Below are positions 58,701 to 64,000 of a DNA stretch of 64,000 nucleotides, in pieces. The stretch spans positions 3,872,001-3,936,000 of the forward strand of contig OZ223209.1 of NCBI GenBank assembly GCA_965140415.1, in the 5' to 3' direction. A program made the position numbers and the translations under genes. Origin of the DNA: Myxococcota bacterium. GTDB taxonomy: Bacteria > Myxococcota_A > SURF-8. The stretch's first letter is position 1, and the number at the start of each line of letters is the position of its first letter. The notes under the pieces are model-generated. The model was not told the origin of the DNA. It was given only the letters and a program-made list of their open reading frames with translations, and did no database searches.

Positions 58701-59636
58701 AGTAAGCTTCCAGCCAACCCGCGTAAGCGCAAGCAAAGCCGCGTCGGCTTCTTTATTACCGCCCACGAAACCTCCACCGCCGTTCAGACCCAACAAAAAC
58801 CCTTTCTCGCGGAATTGCAGTTTCTGGCGCAGAAAAACGGGCTGAAGCACCGACCCTTCTGCATCGTGGATGGCACATCGGAACTCGGATTCACGAAGCC
58901 GGACTTTCAGGATATCGATGTCTATTTCGGCTCCGTGCAGAAATTTCTGGGTTGTCCGGCTGGCCTGGGCGTAATGATCGTCTCGGATAGAGCCTTGCGC
59001 TACTCTATAGAACAGCAAAAAGCACAACAGAACATCAAGTGCATGCAGGGTTATCGCTGCTTCCCACAGTTGCAGCAGCAACGGGAACAGGGCTTTATAT
59101 CCAACCTGCGCGGCGTGCTCGAATTGGGTGTCGCACTGGCGGACTACCAGCAGCGCGGCGGCATTCGCACCCTGCAAAAGGAAACCCAGAAAAAACTCTC
59201 GATACTTATGGATGCCGTTTCGAATACGACTCACCTTGCGCCGGTTATTGTATCTCATAAAGATCGCTCGGGTGTGATGGCGCATCTTGTCGGCGTAGAT
59301 ATTGAAGTGAGCAGAATCGTAGAACGCCTTGCCGATCACGCGATCATCGGCAACGGCTATGGCCCTTACAAAGGAGAAACCCTGCGTTTGTACTGCTCTC
59401 CCAATCTTTCGTTGAAACAGGTGCACAGTACAACGCGCCTGCTGGACCGGGCGCTTTCGGAAATGGAGTCGGATGACGAGATTCTGACCGTCAAGCCGCC
59501 ACGCAAAAGCCGCAATCTGGACAAGGAATGGTTACGGGCGCAAGGACAGATCTCCGTGGACAGCCTTCGTTCCCTGCTGCCGGAACGGCTGCTGTGGAGA
59601 ATCAGGCGGGAATTGGGACGATTCAGCAGAAGCTAA
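55740..59636 (+). CDS. Fusion of FAD-linked oxidoreductase (FAD_binding_4/GlcD-like) with degenerate and PLP-Lys-bearing class-V aminotransferase (SerC-like) domains
   Basis: N-part P.GSLTS..G, AG.T, AQIGAVVAN, G..GT.GILSEITL, YGHLH...DLHV; middle SHRS...LRDWL..RIFF and ETP; C-part FNPGPSQ, GSATQAME, HETST, DGTS and SVQKFLGCPAGLG. Confidence 0.8.
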   Translation: MQGPFKRTINKASDLRAQKQSGKNSAQSTITEALHEAFVQAGFKPLDNRLMDDGGKEVQNECILRARSTSDVQRIVTIAHSMSFGVMPIGSLTSAIGAFETRSAARLHGLNGFVGIQIQPSGQLEPQNAPPSEFERLIPSDPDLRENMEVFRSVNSEASHQVRVWAGLTPGRINEALIDLLGPGHSVYLDLTTFNQAQIGAVVANGSEGPVRANARFNLVSATLVDGAGQLHQLTHEQAKAQVGQGGTAGILSEITLEVIFEGSNEFGFFMPLPGRIGKEYTGMVNHLPHVMATLDPFSQAHFIQDSKGKKLVAKRGPILLKGFEIITRSELRSTYGSLREDSEERGRIGSLLENMRDSHCHVGLMINCTTDITEEEMLTYLEALYEDRQDADNLFCVIRNLQREQEVYQSKEGLYETEEDIVYFRPSEIKALKRMREAIPEMTRASKLRGFTSSTDVNCRLTSESEQERERAYKAIMETYWMYINDLRDRDFRVYIYGHLHPGDREQATGGGIDLHVRGSYFLEGEDEDRQKRAPEAWVYLKDRKKQLLNELHGLHGQFGICIEAGEKRISSDYARWLSNIEPEAAEAFYRTNELYGAPTLAARSPIKLHAHPPRIKEGILNLFAPDPNIDERASLLIRLQQSILLWCQHSHRSPESARVIAETHGLLRDWLALDSEARIFFTESPEKALHTSLMGLVNFRKDGTFVDLRTQRWEELTYETKQHCQVVICDSPAQLVNPDFKDCHTILISENAEPICKADLDRASIAILSAQAIGAGAELGIIVTSRNVIQHARMIALRNNPGYAHALVELDDRPHETIETPRLPVIAELGCLLAEKLGQSCNLSHEQATEMLEWQNKLITFNPGPSQINRKIVEKAVALHKQTLLLHSDTEARIKAIAGVERQLRDYFSIPNNHHIFFTGSATQAMEQIVESLPLDYAVVGVKGAFGERMATVARRYGQGIMKSVHLRWGEGENSQVKSIASEMFSKLPANPRKRKQSRVGFFITAHETSTAVQTQQKPFLAELQFLAQKNGLKHRPFCIVDGTSELGFTKPDFQDIDVYFGSVQKFLGCPAGLGVMIVSDRALRYSIEQQKAQQNIKCMQGYRCFPQLQQQREQGFISNLRGVLELGVALADYQQRGGIRTLQKETQKKLSILMDAVSNTTHLAPVIVSHKDRSGVMAHLVGVDIEVSRIVERLADHAIIGNGYGPYKGETLRLYCSPNLSLKQVHSTTRLLDRALSEMESDDEILTVKPPRKSRNLDKEWLRAQGQISVDSLRSLLPERLLWRIRRELGRFSRS

Positions 59637-59797
59637 TCTTGACCTGGAAAAAACAATCTTACAGAGGACATTGACAAGCGATCCAATGCCGGTAAACATA
59701 GCGGCTGCGCAAACAAACTACTTTGTTATTATCGATTGAACCGTAACACACCAGCCGTATACACGGCTTTCAGTTCGTTCATGGAAAGGATGTACCG

Positions 59798-62700
59798 TTG
59801 AAACCGAAAACCTTCGAACAAGTTGCAGAAGAAATAAAAGGCAAGCCCATTCTGGTGGCGAACCGAGGCATTCCCGCCCGGCGTGTGCTGCGCTCCATCC
59901 GCGAGGTCTTCAAAGCGATACCCGTTATGACCGCCACGGATGTCGACCGCACTTCTCCAGCCACCAGCGGCGCACAGGAACTGATCCTGCTCGGCGAAAA
60001 TTCCCGCGCCTACCTCGATCTGGACCGGATCATCAAAAAGGCCAAGGACAAGGGGGTCATCGGCATCCATCCCGGCTGGGGATTTGCTGCGGAAGACGAC
60101 ACCTTCCCGGAAAAATGCGAAAAAGCGGGCATCGTCTTTATCGGCTCGGACGCCCGAACCATGCGCTTGTTAGGCAACAAGGTTTTGGTGCGCGGTATCG
60201 CCCGAGACTTGGGCATTCCGGTCGTTCCCGGTTCCGAAGGAGCCGTTACGATTGCAGAAGCCCGCAAAGAAGCCAGGAAAATCGGCTTCCCCATTTTATT
60301 GAAGGCGGAAGCGGGCGGCGGTGGTCGCGGCATTTACGAAGTCTACGACCAATCCCAGTTGGAAGAAGCATTCGCCAAAGCCTCTACCATGGCACAGGCC
60401 TCCTTCGGCAATCCCCGCTTGTTCGTTGAGAAATTGCTTACAAATATCCGGCACATCGAAATCCAGGTGGTGGCGGACCGCTTCGGCCATGTCATCGCTT
60501 TGGACGAACGTGACTGCACGGTGCAGCGCAACCATCAGAAGTTGATCGAAATCACGCCATCGCCTTGGCCCGTCATGACGGAAAGTCTGCGTAAAAAGTT
60601 GAAGCGCTGGGCCGAGAAGCTTATCAAGTCCGTGGGGTATCACTCGCTGGCGACTGTTGAATATCTGGTAGACCAACATGGCGAACCGTATCTGATCGAA
60701 GTGAACACCCGCCTGCAAGTAGAGCATGGCATTACGGAATGCCGCTACGGCATCGATCTGGCGGAAGAACAGATCGCCATCGCCTTCGGGGCGCGGCTTA
60801 GACTGACTCGGGACACCTGCCCGATGAACCACGCGTTGCAAGTGCGTATCAACTGCGAAGATCCGCAAAATGGCTTCAGCCCGAATGCTGGCGTCATCAC
60901 CCGTTATATTTCGCCCGGCGGCCAGGGCGTGCGCATCGATTCCTGCGTTACGGCAGGCTATGAATTCCCCAGCGACTACGACTCAGCAGCATCTCTGCTG
61001 ATCGCTTATGGCGCGAGTTGGAACAAGGTGCTGGGCATTATGGATCGCGCATTGGGCGAATACATCATTCGCGGCGTAAAAACCACGATTCCTTTCCACA
61101 AGATGATCATCGCCAATCCGCAGTTTCGCTCGGGCCAGTACAGCACCTCTTTCCTGTCAGAATCGCCGGAATTGATGAATTACGTCGATCCGATACCAGC
61201 ACCACTGCGCAGTTCTCGTTTAGTCGCGGAGATTTCCGCCAAGGGCTACAATCCCCATCTACAACTGGGAGAGTATCGCGGCGTTCAGGACAAACGCGTG
61301 GGACGCTTTTCGCCAATCCTGCCGGAAATCGATATCAAGCAGGAGCCTTCTCCCTACCCTCGCTGGGATCGCAAAGGCTTGCTCGATGTGCTGCGGGATT
61401 CCGACTACGTTCACTTTACCGACACCACAACTCGCGACATCACCCAGTCCAACAGCGGCAATCGCTTTCGACTGGCCGAGGATCGCCTGATCGGTCCTTA
61501 CCTGGACAATTGCTCGTTCATGTCGTTGGAAAACGGCGGCGGAGCGCATTTCCACGTCGCCATGCTGGCGAACATGACCTATCCTTTTTCCGAAGCCGAG
61601 GAATGGAACCGCTTCGCGCCGCAAACACCCAAGCAAATTCTGATCCGTTCCACCAACGTGCTGGGATATCGACCGCAACCCCCGAATCTCATGGATAAAA
61701 CCGGGGAAATGATCTGTGAACAGTACGACATCGTACGCTGCTTCGACTTTCTGAACCACGTCGAAAATATGGAGTCGTTTGCCCGGGTTGTGATGAATTC
61801 CCCCCGCAATACCTTCGAGCCTGCAATTTCCCTGTCGTATTCGGAGGCGTTTACGGTGCGCCATTACGTCAAGGTCGCCACGGAAATCGTGACGATGTGC
61901 GCTAAAGCCGCCGGGGTCGGTCCGAAAAAGACGTCGCGCATGATTATCCTGGGGTTGAAGGATATGGCGGGCGTCTGCCCTCCGCGCTTCATCGGAGAAC
62001 TGGTTTCCGAACTGCGCAAAAAGTTCCCGGATCTGGTGCTGCACTATCACCGCCATTACACCGACGGCCTGTTCGTTCCCGCCTACGGAGCCGCCGCCAA
62101 ATCCGGAGCCAAGATTCTGGACACCGGAATCGGCGCCGCCGTGCGCTGGTACGGCCAGGGCGAGGTGCTTTCCACCGCCGCCTATTTGGAAGGCGAACTC
62201 GGTCTGAAAACGAAACTGAACACGGAAATGATCCGTACCACCGGTTTCGTGCTGAAGCAGATCATGCCTTATTACGACCGCTACACCGCCCCTTATTTCC
62301 AGGGCATCGATTACGACGTCGTCGAGCACGGCATGCCGGGAGGAGCCACCTCGTCTTCACAGGAAGGCGCGCTCAAGCAGGGATACATTCACCTGCTGCC
62401 GCACATGTTGAAGTTTCTTGCAGGTACACGACGCATCGTGAAGTACCATGATGTGACACCCGGCTCGCAGATCACCTGGAACACCGCATTTCTGGCTGTA
62501 ACCGGCGCCTACAAGCGCGGAGGAGAAAAGGCGGTGAACGATCTCTTAAACGTGCTGCAAACCGTAGTGGAAACTCCCGAGAAGAAACTGTCTTCGGAAA
62601 TCAAGCGAGCGCGGCTGAAACTCTATGCAGACTGTAACGACGCCTTCCGCGATCTTCTGCTGGGTAAATTCGGCAAACTGCCGCTCGGCTTTCCCAAAGA

Positions 62701-63493
62701 CTGGGTATATGAAAGCGCCTTCGGCAAGAAGTATCGCGAGGCGCTGGCCCAACGTACCGAAATCTCTCCCTTGCAGCAACTGACCGATATCGACCTGGAA
62801 AAGGAACGGCAGGCGCTGCAAAGCGCCATCAAGCGTGAACCCAGCGAAGAAGAATTCGTGATGTACCTCAACCATCCCGGTGATGCGCTGAAAACCATTT
62901 CCTTTAAGAGTGACTACGGCGATCCCAACCAATTGCCATTGGATGTCTGGTTCGAAGGAATCGAAATAGGAGAAACGCTGGTCTTCCGGGACAACTTCGA
63001 CAAGCCGCACGAGATGGTCATTCTGGACTTTCAGGAACCAGATGAACGCGGCATGAGTATCGTGCGTTATACCCTGGATTCGGAATTCTTTTCGTACCAG
63101 GTTCGTGTTGCGGAGCCGACCGGCGCAGCGAGTGCAACCGCACTTGAATTGGCCGATCCAGATAATCCCTATCACATCGGCGCACCCAGCAACGGCGATC
63201 TGTGGGTGATGCACGTCCGACCGGGAGATCGAGTCAAGCAGAACGAGGAAATCTGCAACATCTCGATTATGAAACAGGAAAAGGCGATACTCGCCCCGAT
63301 GGACGGCACCGTCAAGCGCGTATTGAAAACCGCCGATTACACCAAAGATCGCAAGATGGTTGGCGTTAAAGCCGGAGAATTGCTTGTGGAATTGGGAGAG
63401 CCGGTGGATGCTTGCCCGACCTGCCGGGCGGAAATCGTCGCCAGCGATTTCCAGTTCTGCCCACATTGCGGCCAAAAACTGGCAAAAGCTTGA
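59798..63493 (+). CDS. pyc: Pyruvate carboxylase (single chain BC-CT-BCCP) with C-terminal zinc ribbon
   Basis: ANRG, HPGWGF, GGGGRG, RDCTVQRNHQK, EVNTRLQVEH; CT DTTTRD, LKDMAG, HRH, VTPGSQ; biotin site IMKQ; CPTC..CPHC; TTG start after GAAAGGA. Confidence 0.93.
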   Translation: MKPKTFEQVAEEIKGKPILVANRGIPARRVLRSIREVFKAIPVMTATDVDRTSPATSGAQELILLGENSRAYLDLDRIIKKAKDKGVIGIHPGWGFAAEDDTFPEKCEKAGIVFIGSDARTMRLLGNKVLVRGIARDLGIPVVPGSEGAVTIAEARKEARKIGFPILLKAEAGGGGRGIYEVYDQSQLEEAFAKASTMAQASFGNPRLFVEKLLTNIRHIEIQVVADRFGHVIALDERDCTVQRNHQKLIEITPSPWPVMTESLRKKLKRWAEKLIKSVGYHSLATVEYLVDQHGEPYLIEVNTRLQVEHGITECRYGIDLAEEQIAIAFGARLRLTRDTCPMNHALQVRINCEDPQNGFSPNAGVITRYISPGGQGVRIDSCVTAGYEFPSDYDSAASLLIAYGASWNKVLGIMDRALGEYIIRGVKTTIPFHKMIIANPQFRSGQYSTSFLSESPELMNYVDPIPAPLRSSRLVAEISAKGYNPHLQLGEYRGVQDKRVGRFSPILPEIDIKQEPSPYPRWDRKGLLDVLRDSDYVHFTDTTTRDITQSNSGNRFRLAEDRLIGPYLDNCSFMSLENGGGAHFHVAMLANMTYPFSEAEEWNRFAPQTPKQILIRSTNVLGYRPQPPNLMDKTGEMICEQYDIVRCFDFLNHVENMESFARVVMNSPRNTFEPAISLSYSEAFTVRHYVKVATEIVTMCAKAAGVGPKKTSRMIILGLKDMAGVCPPRFIGELVSELRKKFPDLVLHYHRHYTDGLFVPAYGAAAKSGAKILDTGIGAAVRWYGQGEVLSTAAYLEGELGLKTKLNTEMIRTTGFVLKQIMPYYDRYTAPYFQGIDYDVVEHGMPGGATSSSQEGALKQGYIHLLPHMLKFLAGTRRIVKYHDVTPGSQITWNTAFLAVTGAYKRGGEKAVNDLLNVLQTVVETPEKKLSSEIKRARLKLYADCNDAFRDLLLGKFGKLPLGFPKDWVYESAFGKKYREALAQRTEISPLQQLTDIDLEKERQALQSAIKREPSEEEFVMYLNHPGDALKTISFKSDYGDPNQLPLDVWFEGIEIGETLVFRDNFDKPHEMVILDFQEPDERGMSIVRYTLDSEFFSYQVRVAEPTGAASATALELADPDNPYHIGAPSNGDLWVMHVRPGDRVKQNEEICNISIMKQEKAILAPMDGTVKRVLKTADYTKDRKMVGVKAGELLVELGEPVDACPTCRAEIVASDFQFCPHCGQKLAKA

Positions 63494-63706
63494 TCAAATC
63501 GAAGATCCATGTTTTCGGAATGTACTCGATTCGTCTATTCGCCCAGGCATCCAGCCAAAGCGAATAGGCGGATCGAAGGTTTCCACTCCGGCAAAACTCT
63601 GCTATAATCAGAACGTTAATTCAGGTTTGGGGAATAGGGACACGAAGTTATAACCTCTATCCTTTGGGCCGCGATGCATCGTGCACAAGACACAGGAGGA
63701 CTTCCC

Positions 63707-64000
63707 ATGAAGAAAGCCGGACTCATTCTACTTATTTCCCTGCTGTTGCTCCCCTTCGGTCAGCTTTCCACTTCTTCTTCCAATTCCGGTGTTGAACTGA
63801 TTCCCAGCGCCCAGGCGGAAGAAGACGGCGGCTGGTCGATGTCCGGGTTTACCCTGGCCCCCAAAGTCGGCTATGGTTTCTTCCCGAAGCATCAAAAAGC
63901 CATGGATGGCGACTTGGGGCAGCGCCATGCAGTAATTGCCGGCTTGAGCCTGGACCTTGGTGGCGATGGTTTCAACTTTGAGATCATGCCCTTATACACA
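63707..64000 (+). CDS. Secreted protein, possibly outer-membrane beta-barrel (3' end outside window)
   Basis: RBS AGGAGG; MKKAGLILLISLLLLPFG signal peptide; alternating beta-strand pattern FTLAPKVGYGF and AGLSLDLGG; open to the window end. Confidence 0.7.
   Translation, partial: MKKAGLILLISLLLLPFGQLSTSSSNSGVELIPSAQAEEDGGWSMSGFTLAPKVGYGFFPKHQKAMDGDLGQRHAVIAGLSLDLGGDGFNFEIMPLYT

Overview
Bacterial chromosomal window, probably from a deltaproteobacterial-grade organism (Myxococcota/Desulfobacterota-like gene content; this is inferred from protein families, not a database hit). About 50 CDS and two tRNAs. 1-15 kb: a PilT ATPase followed by secreted lipoproteins (two head-to-head arylsulfotransferase-like proteins, a GH31 glycosidase, Cys-rich, PKD and Lcl/DUF1566 proteins), many carrying a shared acidic DGDxx pentapeptide linker. 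16-23 kb: a TroABCD/MntABC-type metal ABC importer in which both permeases carry C-terminal DtxR-like domains, then an ABC-2 exporter. 25-29 kb: a DUF5610-like gene behind a sigma-28-type promoter, a TMTC-like membrane glycosyltransferase, and a decayed integrase at tRNA-Asp/tRNA-Val. The rest is mostly housekeeping (ino1, dusB, tkt, surE, nlpD-like, coaE, lemA, moeB-like, pyc) plus an MntA/HepT toxin-antitoxin pair and several apparent pseudo-enzymes. The best candidate for an undescribed system is the 1298-aa ORF at 55740-59636: an FAD-linked 2-hydroxyacid dehydrogenase fused to two SerC-like aminotransferase copies that have lost complementary catalytic motifs, suggesting a single-chain pseudo-dimer with one composite active site. 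No CRISPR array, rRNA or intact transposase was seen.
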